The notes beneath the pieces are model-generated. The model searched no databases and was not told where the DNA came from. It saw only the letters and a program-made list of their open reading frames with translations. From a virus (Duplodnaviria > Caudoviricetes), in the IMG/VR virus record IMGVR_UViG_3300037465_000050, positions 1 through 58,281 of that record: a stretch of DNA of 58,281 bases. One strand, written 5' to 3'. The translations under genes were made by a program, and so were the position numbers. Shown one piece after another: positions 34,794 to 44,742 of the stretch; the first letter of the stretch is position 1, and the number at the start of each line of letters is the position of its first letter.

Positions 34794-36275
34794 ATGTCGC
34801 TGACCCAACTCCAACAGATCGCAATGGCCGAGGAGGCCACCGAAGGCACGCAACTCGCTTTCTCGTCACTACTGACCGCTGCCAATGCGAAGTACCTCGT
34901 CATCGAACCGTCGTTGACATATTCGCCTGATCTGTACGAGCGCAAGATCAAGCGCGGGACGCTGACTCCGCTCCAACCGCTGACGGGAGCGAAGCGCGGT
35001 TCTGTGCGGTTTCAACTGGAGATGGCGAGCGAAGCCGATGCGATCGGCTCTCCGCCGCTATGGGATCTGCCGCTCAAGGCGTGCGGATGGGCGAGTGTGT
35101 CGTGCGCTCGCCTGACAACTGGCGCGATCACCGGCGGTCCGCTGCTGCACGGTGAGACGATCACGTTCTCTGGTGGCGCGACGCGCGTTGTCGTAGGGGA
35201 CACCTACACCGGCATGACGACGCTGTTCGTGACCAACAGCTTTGGACTCGGCAACACGACTGCGATCGGCGCGACCGACACATACACCGGTGCTACGAGC
35301 GGCGCGACGGGAACCCTGAGCGCCGCAGCCGCGAACAAGGCGCGCGCATGGTGGCCGTGGAGCTATCCGCTGACGCGCCTCAAGTGGGACGCGACGACCG
35401 GCCTGACGACATCTCTGCTCGCCGGTGACTTGCTCCAGGGAGCGACTAGTGGCGCGATCGCGCAAGTATACTACGACAAGGCTACCGACGCAGGCCATGC
35501 GGAAGAGGTCTACGTCCGCCGCATACGTGGACACTTCGCCGCAAGCGAGGTGATGAAGATCATCGCGCCTGTCGCGCGCATCGATTCCGATATTGGCACA
35601 CTGCACGCCACGAACTTCGAGATCCAGGCGCACGTCCCGACGATCTCAATCGCGATGCTCAAGGACGGCGTCGTCGAGGCGCTGTTCGGATGCCGTGGCT
35701 CGGTGTCGTTCCAAGGCAACATCGGCGAGCCGATGCTGATGAGCTTCGAGTTCACCGGCGCGCAGCACACAGAATCTCCGACGGACGCGGCGAATCTAAC
35801 CGGTGTCCAGGTGTCGACGCGCGTCCCGCCCGTGCTGCTCGGTGCTTCGATGTCGATCGGCAAGATCACGGACACTTTCGCGCAGGAGATTTCGCCGTGC
35901 ATCACGCAGCTCTCACTCAACGGCAACGCGACGGTTTCGTACCGCCGCTGCATGTCGGCTGCGAGCGGTCTGCTGGAGACGCTGGTTACGGCGCGCAACC
36001 TCCAGGGTGCGCTCGACCCCGAGATGGCGGCCGAATCCGTGTTCCCGTATCTCGGCCAGTTCCTGAACAACGCCGACAACCGCCTGCGGTTCAACGTGGG
36101 AACGACAATCCCCGATAAGTTCGAGATGCGGATGCACCACCTGTCGTTCCGCGCGAGCGCGGACGGAGACCGCGAAGGGATCGCCACGCGGCAGCTCGAT
36201 TACAATCTTCACTCGGGATCGACGAACGTCGGCACCGGGGACAACGAGATGTGCATCATTTGGGAAGTCACGTAA
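34794..36275 (+). CDS. Major tail (tube) protein with inserted repeat domains
   Basis: E.TEGT N-terminus, PLKACG, GCRGSV, FEFTG, DREG; AGGAG SD. Confidence 0.8.
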   Translation: MSLTQLQQIAMAEEATEGTQLAFSSLLTAANAKYLVIEPSLTYSPDLYERKIKRGTLTPLQPLTGAKRGSVRFQLEMASEADAIGSPPLWDLPLKACGWASVSCARLTTGAITGGPLLHGETITFSGGATRVVVGDTYTGMTTLFVTNSFGLGNTTAIGATDTYTGATSGATGTLSAAAANKARAWWPWSYPLTRLKWDATTGLTTSLLAGDLLQGATSGAIAQVYYDKATDAGHAEEVYVRRIRGHFAASEVMKIIAPVARIDSDIGTLHATNFEIQAHVPTISIAMLKDGVVEALFGCRGSVSFQGNIGEPMLMSFEFTGAQHTESPTDAANLTGVQVSTRVPPVLLGASMSIGKITDTFAQEISPCITQLSLNGNATVSYRRCMSAASGLLETLVTARNLQGALDPEMAAESVFPYLGQFLNNADNRLRFNVGTTIPDKFEMRMHHLSFRASADGDREGIATRQLDYNLHSGSTNVGTGDNEMCIIWEVT

Positions 36276-36312
36276 GCCCGGCGGATCCTCCAGTCTCTGT
36301 CGCGGCCTGCGG

Positions 36313-36351
36313 CCCGCATCGTAGACACGCGATGCGGGTCGTTCTATTCTT
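36313..36351 (+). terminator. Putative intrinsic terminator after tail tube gene
   Basis: Stem CCCGCATCG/CGATGCGGG followed by T-rich TTCTATTCTT. Confidence 0.45.
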
Positions 36352-36375
36352 GTCCTCCATAGGAGGACTCTGCCG

Positions 36376-36786
36376 ATGATCGTTACGGATCCCAGGAAGA
36401 CCAGGACTATCCAGCTCGATGGCGCGACGTTCACGCTCGGTCAGCTCACCGCGAGCGATCGAGTCGTACTGGCTGCGCTGATGAGGCCGCGTCCTCCGGA
36501 AGGCGCTCCAGCCGAGGCTGCGGACCTGACTCCGATCGAGACGCGCAGGGCGTCGCTCGACGCGATGATCGAGACGGTGCGGCGTGCGCTGCGCGGATGG
36601 TCTGGCGTCCTGTACCCTGACGGTGCTGCTGTCCCGTTCGTCTACGAATCCGGTCGTGCCTGCGCATCGCTCGAAACGGTCGGCGTTCTGTCGCTGCTGG
36701 CGATCTCGCAGCTATTCGACGAGGTCGTGAAGGACTTGACCATCACACCATCCGACCACTCCAAAAGTCCTAGCAGCGGCGGCTGA
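36376..36786 (+). CDS. Tail assembly chaperone (gpG-like)
   Basis: Between tail tube and TMP; LRGWSGV motif; AGGAGG SD. Confidence 0.75.
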   Translation: MIVTDPRKTRTIQLDGATFTLGQLTASDRVVLAALMRPRPPEGAPAEAADLTPIETRRASLDAMIETVRRALRGWSGVLYPDGAAVPFVYESGRACASLETVGVLSLLAISQLFDEVVKDLTITPSDHSKSPSSGG

Positions 36787-37210
36787 GCGTTACGGCAGCC
36801 AGAATGCGCGCTGCCCGCGTTGCAGGCGGGATCCCATGCTGCGCAAAGCCTGGGGCTGCGACGCGCCAGCCACGGCTCCGGTGTTCGTGACGGCCTGCCC
36901 TCAATGCCTAGGCTGGGATCCTGCCTGTTCGACATGCGGCGGTCGTGGCGAGGTGCGACACTGGCGCTGTCCGCCATCGCAGACGGGTCCGGAAGCGCGT
37001 TTCGTGGTTGACGTCTACGACGCGCTGGAGGCCGGAGTCCTACCCTTTGACGGGCTCGGCTGGGCCGAGCTACCTGACGCGCTGGTACGGGCGCTCCGCG
37101 TGGTAGGCTTAGAGCGCGCGCGGATCGCCGCGGAGGAGGCACGTCGGCGAGAGGCGCAGCAGCGGGCAGAGGCCGCAGCGCGCAGTGGTAGATCAAGCTC
37201 GGGACGCTGA
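36764..37210 (+). CDS. Tail assembly chaperone extension (gpT-like), probably reached by frameshift
   Basis: Frame is open upstream of ATG 36836 and includes CPRC; GVLPFDGLGW motif; overlaps gpG end in the +1 frame. Confidence 0.55.
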   Translation, partial: KVLAAAAERYGSQNARCPRCRRDPMLRKAWGCDAPATAPVFVTACPQCLGWDPACSTCGGRGEVRHWRCPPSQTGPEARFVVDVYDALEAGVLPFDGLGWAELPDALVRALRVVGLERARIAAEEARRREAQQRAEAAARSGRSSSGR

Positions 37211-40200
37211 ACTTTCCATCCAGGCGAGGCTGGTCGATCTAGCCAGCCCGGCGCTTGACGCGCTGATCGCGAAGGTCCGCGCTGCTGGCGGGCAGATTCA
37301 GGCGTCGCTGGCCGGCGCGACGTCGGCCACGCCAGCTGCGGTCGTCAGTCCCGAGGTATTCGCGTCGCTGGCCCGTATGGAGGACCAGATCGGGCGCCTG
37401 GTCGCGGCGTTGGCAACGGTCCAGTTCCCGCCGGCCGTCGCCGTTGGCGCCACGGGCGCTGCCGTGGCCCTGGGTGAGGTTTCTGCCGCGGCTGGGGCAG
37501 CCGGAGCTGCCGTCTCCCGGATCGTTCCTGCGGCCACTGAGGCTGCGACCGGGGTCGCCGCTGTCGGAGCAGCTACCGTCGAAGCCGGCGCGGTCGGCGG
37601 GACCGCGATGTTGGAGCTGCAGGCCGGCGTCGAGGCTTTGCGGGTGTCCGAGCAAAAGCTGGTCGCTCAAACTCTGGAGCTGACGGCAGGGCTAGGGGCC
37701 GCCCAGGCGCGCGCGGCTGCACTGGAGGCGGAGGTTGCTCGGCTGCATGCTGCTTCCACAGCACCGCCGCTGGCTGGGCCTGCTGGCGCCACTGGGGGGG
37801 GCGCCGGGATCTTGGGATTGCTTGGATCGCCGGCTGCGATAGCCGGACTTGCCGTTGCTGGAGTGGCGATCGGCGGCATTGTCTCGGCCGCATCGAAGCT
37901 GACGGCGCAGCTCGACGCGAGCGTGGAACGTTCTGGCAAGTTCGGTCTGGCGATGGCACAGGTTGCCACGATCGCCGGCAAGACTGCCGAGGAGATTGAG
38001 GCGCTGCGCGGCGCGCTTGTTCGCGTGGCGGTTGAGCAGGGCACGAGTCCGCTTGAATCCGCCGAAGGCTTCTACCTCGCAGTGTCGTCTGGGATCGAGG
38101 CGAGCGCGAAAGGCGTCGAGTTCTTCGCGCAGGCAAACAAGCTCGCCGTCGCCACGCTGTCGGAGTCGAAGGTCGCTGTCGACGTGCTCACGTCGGCGAT
38201 CAATGCCTACGGCTTCGAGATCAGTGAGGCTGCGCGTCTATCGGACGTGCTGTTCAAGACGGTCGAGCTGGGCAAGGTCCTACTGCCGGATCTCGCGGCC
38301 GAGCTCGGCCAGGTGTTCCCGATCGCCGCTCAGCTCGGGATTTCGTTTGAGGAGGTCAACGCCGCAGTCGTCACGCTAACGCAGGCAGGGCTCACGGCTG
38401 GCGAGGCTACGACTCAAGCTCGTGCCGGGCTCGTTGCTCTGCTGCGCAATATCGAAGCGATCAGAGCTGCATTCGCAGCGGCCGGTCAAGAGTTCGATAT
38501 TCAGTCCATTCGTACGCTCGGCATGGCCGGTACTTTCACTGCGCTGCGCGATGCCGTAGAAGGGGACGAGGAAGCACTCGTTTCACTGCTCGGGCGTGTG
38601 GAGGCCGTCAACTTCCTGCTCGGAATCACCGGGAAGAATGCCGATCGGTTCGCAGCCGCGATAAAGGGCGTACAGGAGCAGGGTGGGACAGAACGCGCGT
38701 TCGAGCTGGTCAAGGCCGACGACGTCAAGCGCGGCGAGCGCGCGATAAATGCGCTCAATACTGTGCTCGATGAGACGTTTGGCCGTGCGAAGCTGGCCGC
38801 GATTGCAGAGTTCCAGAGCCAGCTACATCAGATTGCAGGGCTAGACTTCAAGTCGTTGCGCGAGCTTAGCGTGACGCTGCGCGGTCTTGGCATCGAAGTC
38901 GGCCGTAGCTTATCGGATACGGTGCGAGTTGTGCGCGATCTCGCCGACGCGATAAGCGACATTTCAGAAGAGGTCGGAGGACGCGGACTACGAAGCATAG
39001 TTGAAAACCTACTTTCAATCGAAAGCCTGGCTCGGCTTGCAGTGAAGCCGATCGCCGACCTCGGCAACACCGCGCGAGCCGTGTCGACGCACATACGACT
39101 TATCGGGATCGCATCTGATGATGCTCGTCCGGCGATAGACCGCGTTGCTGCGGCTGTGGCCGCGATGTTCCCTGGCCGCGTTCTACTCAACGCAGCACAG
39201 TTCGCGATCGACCTGTTGTTCGAGTTCGGCGCCGAGATCGTTCAGCTGTCTGCTCGCGTTGTAGCGGATATCACGCGCAACATTTCATCGTCTGCGCGTT
39301 CGATGGCGCTTGTCCTCCAGCCGCTGTCCGCAAGCGCGGCGGCCGTGGCCGGCGCAATCGCCGAGTCGGCCGAGAAGGTGCTGCGCGTCGCTGAGTTCGG
39401 TCCCGCGATCGCTGACGGCCTGCGCGCCTCGAAGCCGGATCTCCTAGCCGCTGTTGTGCGTGTAACGCACGAGGCTTTCGATAGAGCGGACACGCGCGCT
39501 GCCGTCGATCATGGCAAGAAGCTTGGTACTGGAATCGCTGGCGGCGTGGCCGCATCGATCAATGCCGCGCTAAATGTGTCGGCATTGCTCGGACGCACGA
39601 TTGCGAAAGATGTAATCAGCGATGCAGACCTGAACGAAGCTCAGCGTCGCGTTCGCGTCGCGATCACGGAGCTGGCGTTGGAGGCGAAGCGCGCAGGCGG
39701 CGAGGCTCAGCTCCCGTCACCTGTGGCGAAGGCGCTCGAAGAGCTACGGTCTCTGGCCGAGAATCCGGTCAGGTTCAACTTGCTGACTGAGATCAGCGAG
39801 AAGACTGAGAAATCCGTCTCGACGATAGAGCTGTTCACGCGCGCGCTACGGGCCAGCGAGGCGCAGCTACTCGATCTATTCGGAGCGGCGGCAGAAGGGC
39901 CCATCGATCGCGCAGAGATCGAAGTCGAGCGCCTGCGTGAGCGCGTCGAAGCGACCATTCGAGAGCTGTCGGCTGTTGGCGTTCCACAACAAACGCTTGA
40001 TGCGATCGCTGGTGGACTAGGCGCTGCGATCGAGAAGGTACGTCAGGAAGGCCGTGATGCGGTTGCCAAGCAACAGGCCGAGGTGATCGGTGACTTCCAG
40101 GCACTGATCGACAAAGCGCGTGAGGCTGACGAGGCGATTACACGTGCGCGTGCCGACGCGCTTGCTGGCGTGCTGGATTTGGAGGCAGAGACACTCGGCG

Positions 40201-41615
40201 ACACCGCGAAGCGCGTGGCTGACGTCGAGTCCAGGGTTGGCAAGCTAGTTTCAGAGCTTGAGCAGTTCCGGGATAGGCGTGCAGCGGCCTTTGACGTCAC
40301 CGAAGATGAGCTTTCCGGAATTGACGCGCTGATCGAGCGCGCCATTGCTGCCGGGATCGCCATCCAGGCTATTGAGGTTGACGACGGGGCACGCCGCGAG
40401 GCCGAGGCCCTGGCTGAATCGGTTGAAGCCATCGCTCGCGCTGCGGTTGATTCGTTGCCTCCGGTCATGCGCGGCGTGGCTGGAGTTGCCGCGTCGTTCG
40501 AGACCTCGCGGCTGGCCGCCGAACGATTGGCCGAGGAGCAGACTCGGTCGCTTGGCCTCGCCGGCGATGCAGCCGAGCAGCTCCGCAATCGGATCGTCGA
40601 CGCCGCAGAGAAGGCGCAGCAGGCCGCTGCCAGCGGTGCTGCGTTCGACCTCGTTCTGACGCCAGAAATCGAGATCGAGGAGCAGTTCATCGAGGCTGAA
40701 CTGATCGAGAAGATCGGTCCGGCGCTAGAGGAGTTCACACAGCAGTTCAACCTGCTGCTCAAGGACGGACTTTCGCATGACGAGTTCGAGCGCATCAAGG
40801 CCGACCTGCGCGCGCTTCGCGAGGAGGCCGTTTCCGTTCAGGAAACGATCCGCAACTCCGATGCCGCATTTGCCGCCGGCTTTTCGTCCACGCTGTCGGA
40901 TCGCGTGCGCGCGACGTTCGACGCTTTCGCTGATGGGGCAAAGCTGGCTGGGACGGCATTCGACTCGTTCGGATCCGGACTTGGAGATGCAATCGCAGAC
41001 GTCGTGCTCGGCCTCAAGAGCGGCAAGGACGCCATGCGCGAGTTCGTCCGAGCGTTCGTCGCAGATATCGCGCGCGCTATTTCGCAGATCATCGCATTCC
41101 GTATCGCGTCGCAGGCACTAGGCTTGTTCGGAATCGGTGGAGGAGGCACAGAGATTCCAGGACCAGGGCAGGAACTCCAGTTCGCACACGGAGGTGTGAT
41201 GCCAGGAAAGATGCTTGGAGCCGGTGTGGCAGCCTTCGCCTACGGGGGGGTGATGGATGGACGCATGATCGGCCGCGCCGGCTCTCTACCTATCCGTGCC
41301 TACGACTTCGGAGGCGTTGCAACGTCACCGCAGATGGCGCTATTCGGCGAAGGGCCTGGAGCCGAGGCGTTCGTGCCGCTTCCCGGACCTGGCCGCGGAA
41401 TCCCTGTCGAGTTCACAGGAGGCGGAGGTCGCGCGCTGACGGTTCAGGTTACGTATGCGCCGACGATTCAGGCACTGGATGGAGAAAGCGCGCGGAACGT
41501 GCTGGTGCGAGAGGCGCGCGTCATCGGCGATATCGTGGCCGAGCAGGTCGTCACAAACTCGCACCGTGGCTTGAGTCAAGCCGTCAACGGACGCGGCGAC
41601 TCTATACGGACGTAG
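37185..41615 (+). CDS. Tape measure protein (TP901-like core)
   Basis: 1476 aa Ala-rich; AMAQVATI, FYLAVSSG, LTSAINAYG, FKTVELGK; C-terminal FAHGGV and FGEGPGAEAFVPL. Confidence 0.92.
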   Translation: MVDQARDAELSIQARLVDLASPALDALIAKVRAAGGQIQASLAGATSATPAAVVSPEVFASLARMEDQIGRLVAALATVQFPPAVAVGATGAAVALGEVSAAAGAAGAAVSRIVPAATEAATGVAAVGAATVEAGAVGGTAMLELQAGVEALRVSEQKLVAQTLELTAGLGAAQARAAALEAEVARLHAASTAPPLAGPAGATGGGAGILGLLGSPAAIAGLAVAGVAIGGIVSAASKLTAQLDASVERSGKFGLAMAQVATIAGKTAEEIEALRGALVRVAVEQGTSPLESAEGFYLAVSSGIEASAKGVEFFAQANKLAVATLSESKVAVDVLTSAINAYGFEISEAARLSDVLFKTVELGKVLLPDLAAELGQVFPIAAQLGISFEEVNAAVVTLTQAGLTAGEATTQARAGLVALLRNIEAIRAAFAAAGQEFDIQSIRTLGMAGTFTALRDAVEGDEEALVSLLGRVEAVNFLLGITGKNADRFAAAIKGVQEQGGTERAFELVKADDVKRGERAINALNTVLDETFGRAKLAAIAEFQSQLHQIAGLDFKSLRELSVTLRGLGIEVGRSLSDTVRVVRDLADAISDISEEVGGRGLRSIVENLLSIESLARLAVKPIADLGNTARAVSTHIRLIGIASDDARPAIDRVAAAVAAMFPGRVLLNAAQFAIDLLFEFGAEIVQLSARVVADITRNISSSARSMALVLQPLSASAAAVAGAIAESAEKVLRVAEFGPAIADGLRASKPDLLAAVVRVTHEAFDRADTRAAVDHGKKLGTGIAGGVAASINAALNVSALLGRTIAKDVISDADLNEAQRRVRVAITELALEAKRAGGEAQLPSPVAKALEELRSLAENPVRFNLLTEISEKTEKSVSTIELFTRALRASEAQLLDLFGAAAEGPIDRAEIEVERLRERVEATIRELSAVGVPQQTLDAIAGGLGAAIEKVRQEGRDAVAKQQAEVIGDFQALIDKAREADEAITRARADALAGVLDLEAETLGDTAKRVADVESRVGKLVSELEQFRDRRAAAFDVTEDELSGIDALIERAIAAGIAIQAIEVDDGARREAEALAESVEAIARAAVDSLPPVMRGVAGVAASFETSRLAAERLAEEQTRSLGLAGDAAEQLRNRIVDAAEKAQQAAASGAAFDLVLTPEIEIEEQFIEAELIEKIGPALEEFTQQFNLLLKDGLSHDEFERIKADLRALREEAVSVQETIRNSDAAFAAGFSSTLSDRVRATFDAFADGAKLAGTAFDSFGSGLGDAIADVVLGLKSGKDAMREFVRAFVADIARAISQIIAFRIASQALGLFGIGGGGTEIPGPGQELQFAHGGVMPGKMLGAGVAAFAYGGVMDGRMIGRAGSLPIRAYDFGGVATSPQMALFGEGPGAEAFVPLPGPGRGIPVEFTGGGGRALTVQVTYAPTIQALDGESARNVLVREARVIGDIVAEQVVTNSHRGLSQAVNGRGDSIRT

Positions 41616-41619
41616 AGTC

Positions 41620-43617
41620 GTGGCTATACCTGTCGCCGATAGTTTCGACGCTGGATCGACCGCCTACGATTCGGTTCTTACCGGATCCTATGTTCGGTTC
41701 ATCGGTTGGTCGACCGATATGGCTACTGGAAAGTCGATTGCATGGACGAAGTACGGCAAGGCGTACACTGGACACTGGGGCTTTGACGGAGCTGGACAAA
41801 AGCCGCTCGTATCGACCACTGGATCGCAGTTCGGTGCGAATGTTGGAACGTCAATGCCGACTGGATGGCTGCTGCGCGATTTCGAAGATGACGACGTGTC
41901 TGTCGAGCTTGGGTTCCGCATCGGCATGTCGGATACGTCACTTGTTGGCGGCATGACCATTAGGATCGGCGTCGCCGCGCGCGTGCGAGCACAGACTCTA
42001 ACGGACGGCGGAACAGCCACAGCTCACCTGCTGAATGGCGAAGGGTATTACTTCCTGTTTGCATGTGATCTATCGCAAGCGCCGAACGGCGCGCGGTTCT
42101 ACCTCGTGCGCGTCAATGCTGGAGCGACCACTGTGCTAGTCGCTTCTCCTGCCGTCGGCACAGGAGATTTCCTTGCATGGTACTCGAATAATGCAGCGAA
42201 ACAGATGCGCCTGCGTGTTCGCACGAATGGCGGTAACGTCGAGCTGGAAGGATACACTCGTACCGGAAGCGGGCAGGAGGTACTGCTGCTATCGGCTACG
42301 GACAGCTCAGGCGGTAAGATTACAGCGGCGGGCCGTTGCGGGTTCTTCTGTTCAAACGAGTTCTTGGAATCAGTGCGAGCGATTGCACCACGAGTGAGCT
42401 TCTTCGCCGTGGCAACGTGGGCCGGAGTGCTTCATTCGTACGACGATTGGACAAGGTATGCCGCGAGCATGGCAGCGTCAGTCGCTCAGACGTTCACAGG
42501 TGCGGCCTACACTTCGTTCTCGTTTGACGGATACGACCTCACGTCTGGATGGTTCGGCGACCTAACGAGCCTGTCGACATACTCTTCGCGCATCGCCAGG
42601 TCTGGCGATCGCATACAGTTCGATTCTTCCGTATCTGACAAAAGCGGTTTCTACCTGTCGCGGCGTATGGAAGACCACGACAGGACGCAGGATCGAAAGA
42701 TCGATTTCGAGTTTGCGTCTGGCTCGATGGGGGCGTCAGGCGTTACCCGTAAGGCCGGAGTAGCCGTGAGGTGTTCGACGCTTCGCCAGGTTCCCGGCAT
42801 GACGCCGGATACGTGCTATTACGCAACGGCCGAGCTGATCGAGGACTCGCTTGCCGCCAGCATCAAGCTATGGCGCGTGCGAGGAACGACTGTTCTTCTC
42901 GCTCACAAGATCACAGGCGTAACGATCACGAGGGGGGTCGTGTACGAGCTGCGGCTGGCTGTCGCGACGCTTGCGGTTCCCGACCCCGTGGAAGGCTTCG
43001 CACGTCTCAAGGTGTTCCTAGATGGCGTGCAGGTCGTTCTTGTCGACCCGACATCTCCGATCACCGGAGTATTCGTCGCGGCAGACGGGACCGTCACGGA
43101 CCAGTCCAGCTCGCGCGTCACGTCTGGCTGGGGAGCCGGCGTGTACATCGGGTCGAAGGTCGGCGCCAATGCGCACATTCTGCTGAATGACTGGGATGTT
43201 GGAGATACGGCAGGATCGTCGTCGACGGAACAGAGTCAAGCTACGATCGCCGTCTCCGCTTCGGATGATGGCGTGACCGGCACGTTCTCGGTCCCGTATG
43301 ACTGGTCTACCCCGATCGAGGCAGACCTTATATCGATCCGGCATGAGCACGAAGATGGTGGAGCATACACTGCGCGCGCTCGGTCGGTTCGCGCGCGACG
43401 CTGGTTACTCGGTTGCTCTGCGGCGACGGAAGCCGAAGTAGACAGCCTAGTCTCGTTCTTCGACGACCACGACGGAGACGCCATACCGTTCACATTTGCT
43501 CCGCCGATCGGGCCCGACGTGACTGCTAGGTTCGTCGGCGGTACGCTTCAGGCCGAAAAAAAGGACGCCGGAGTCTACGCCTGGAGCGTTGTCGTGGAGG
43601 AGGTTGCCAGTGGCTGA
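41620..43617 (+). CDS. Distal tail protein (gpM/Dit-like C-terminus) with two large N-terminal beta-sandwich domains
   Basis: After TMP; C-terminal RRW...FFDDHDG..PFTF..P...ARF; repeated GVAARVR/GVAVRC modules. Confidence 0.65.
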   Translation: MAIPVADSFDAGSTAYDSVLTGSYVRFIGWSTDMATGKSIAWTKYGKAYTGHWGFDGAGQKPLVSTTGSQFGANVGTSMPTGWLLRDFEDDDVSVELGFRIGMSDTSLVGGMTIRIGVAARVRAQTLTDGGTATAHLLNGEGYYFLFACDLSQAPNGARFYLVRVNAGATTVLVASPAVGTGDFLAWYSNNAAKQMRLRVRTNGGNVELEGYTRTGSGQEVLLLSATDSSGGKITAAGRCGFFCSNEFLESVRAIAPRVSFFAVATWAGVLHSYDDWTRYAASMAASVAQTFTGAAYTSFSFDGYDLTSGWFGDLTSLSTYSSRIARSGDRIQFDSSVSDKSGFYLSRRMEDHDRTQDRKIDFEFASGSMGASGVTRKAGVAVRCSTLRQVPGMTPDTCYYATAELIEDSLAASIKLWRVRGTTVLLAHKITGVTITRGVVYELRLAVATLAVPDPVEGFARLKVFLDGVQVVLVDPTSPITGVFVAADGTVTDQSSSRVTSGWGAGVYIGSKVGANAHILLNDWDVGDTAGSSSTEQSQATIAVSASDDGVTGTFSVPYDWSTPIEADLISIRHEHEDGGAYTARARSVRARRWLLGCSAATEAEVDSLVSFFDDHDGDAIPFTFAPPIGPDVTARFVGGTLQAEKKDAGVYAWSVVVEEVASG

Positions 43618-44299
43618 GAATGTCGGCAACATCATTCGATCGCGGTCGCGTCAGCTAGAAGAGGAGTGGCCGTTTATCTGGTTGCTCAGCGTGGAAGTTC
43701 CAACCAATCCGGCCACTAGGTATCGACTTACGAACTACGATACAGCCGTCGAGCACGACTTTTCGTCTCTAGGCGTGCCGCTAGTATGGTCTCCGTTTCC
43801 GATTGTTCACGGTCCGATCAGGCTTGATGGCCGAGGCGAGCTTCCGCGCATGGAGTTCCAGATATCGAACTCGTCGCTGGAGTTGGTACAAGTTCTCGAT
43901 GACTACGACGGGCTTGACGGGCAGCCTGTTTCGATCAAGTTTATTTCTGTCCTAGAGCTGGCTGATCCCGGCGCTGGCCTACGGTTCGATGGACAGGTAG
44001 CAGCATGTCGCAGCACCAGCGATCGCGTTACGTTCGACGTGTCCGCTGCAAACCTGGAGCGCGCGGTTGCTCCGGCAGAGCGTTATATGCGATTCCACTG
44101 TAGGTACTCCGACTATGGCGGACCGAGATGCGGATACGATCTGACTAATGCAACACTAGAATCTGCATTCCCTACTTGCCAGAAGACGCTCGCAGCTTGT
44201 CGTGCGCACGGTGATGCAGAGGTTGCGGCCGGTCTTCCTAGACTGCATCCACGGCGCGGCGGTTTCTATCCAGGCATTCCGAGGGTGTCTCGCACATGA
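43610..44299 (+). CDS. Minor tail protein L-like (4-Cys cluster)
   Basis: HCRY..YGGPRCGY...CQKTLAAC...GGFYPGI; lambda gpL position. Confidence 0.75.
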   Translation: MAENVGNIIRSRSRQLEEEWPFIWLLSVEVPTNPATRYRLTNYDTAVEHDFSSLGVPLVWSPFPIVHGPIRLDGRGELPRMEFQISNSSLELVQVLDDYDGLDGQPVSIKFISVLELADPGAGLRFDGQVAACRSTSDRVTFDVSAANLERAVAPAERYMRFHCRYSDYGGPRCGYDLTNATLESAFPTCQKTLAACRAHGDAEVAAGLPRLHPRRGGFYPGIPRVSRT

Positions 44300-44742
44300 T
44301 CGCTCGCGAAGGATATCGGTTCTATTACGACCTGCTCAACGTCAGGTATCTGCTCGGCGGTCGTGATCCAGCCGACGGACTTGATTGTATCGGAGTCGCG
44401 ATGGAGTTGCTGCGACGCGCACGCGGAAGCGTACCATTCGAGGCGTTTCCGTCTTCGAGAACGTACTCAAACGACCTTGTGGCCGCTAAGAGTCTAAGCG
44501 CAAATGACTGGTGGGATCGCATAGGAGACCGGCCAGGATCCGCCAAGCAGATCGGCGACGTTATCGTCACACTTCATCCGCCTAACTATGTTCCGCACGT
44601 TACGGTTCTGGCAGGCTCTCGCGAGCCGCGCGTCGTGCTATCCACGCGACCTAATCGCGGAGTGTATGCGGTTCCTTTGGCGCGCGTATCTTCGTGGGGA
44701 GAATGCGCCGGCGTGTATCGGCTGCGGAGTGCGGCGCCATGA
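44296..44742 (+). CDS. NlpC/P60 tail assembly protein (gpK-like)
   Basis: YLLGGRD..GLDCIG, GDVI, HV. Confidence 0.78.
   Translation: MIAREGYRFYYDLLNVRYLLGGRDPADGLDCIGVAMELLRRARGSVPFEAFPSSRTYSNDLVAAKSLSANDWWDRIGDRPGSAKQIGDVIVTLHPPNYVPHVTVLAGSREPRVVLSTRPNRGVYAVPLARVSSWGECAGVYRLRSAAP

Noticed and set aside
44296-44742. NlpC/P60 as the endolysin
   Set aside because: Occupies the lambda gpK position between gpL-like and gpI/J-like genes
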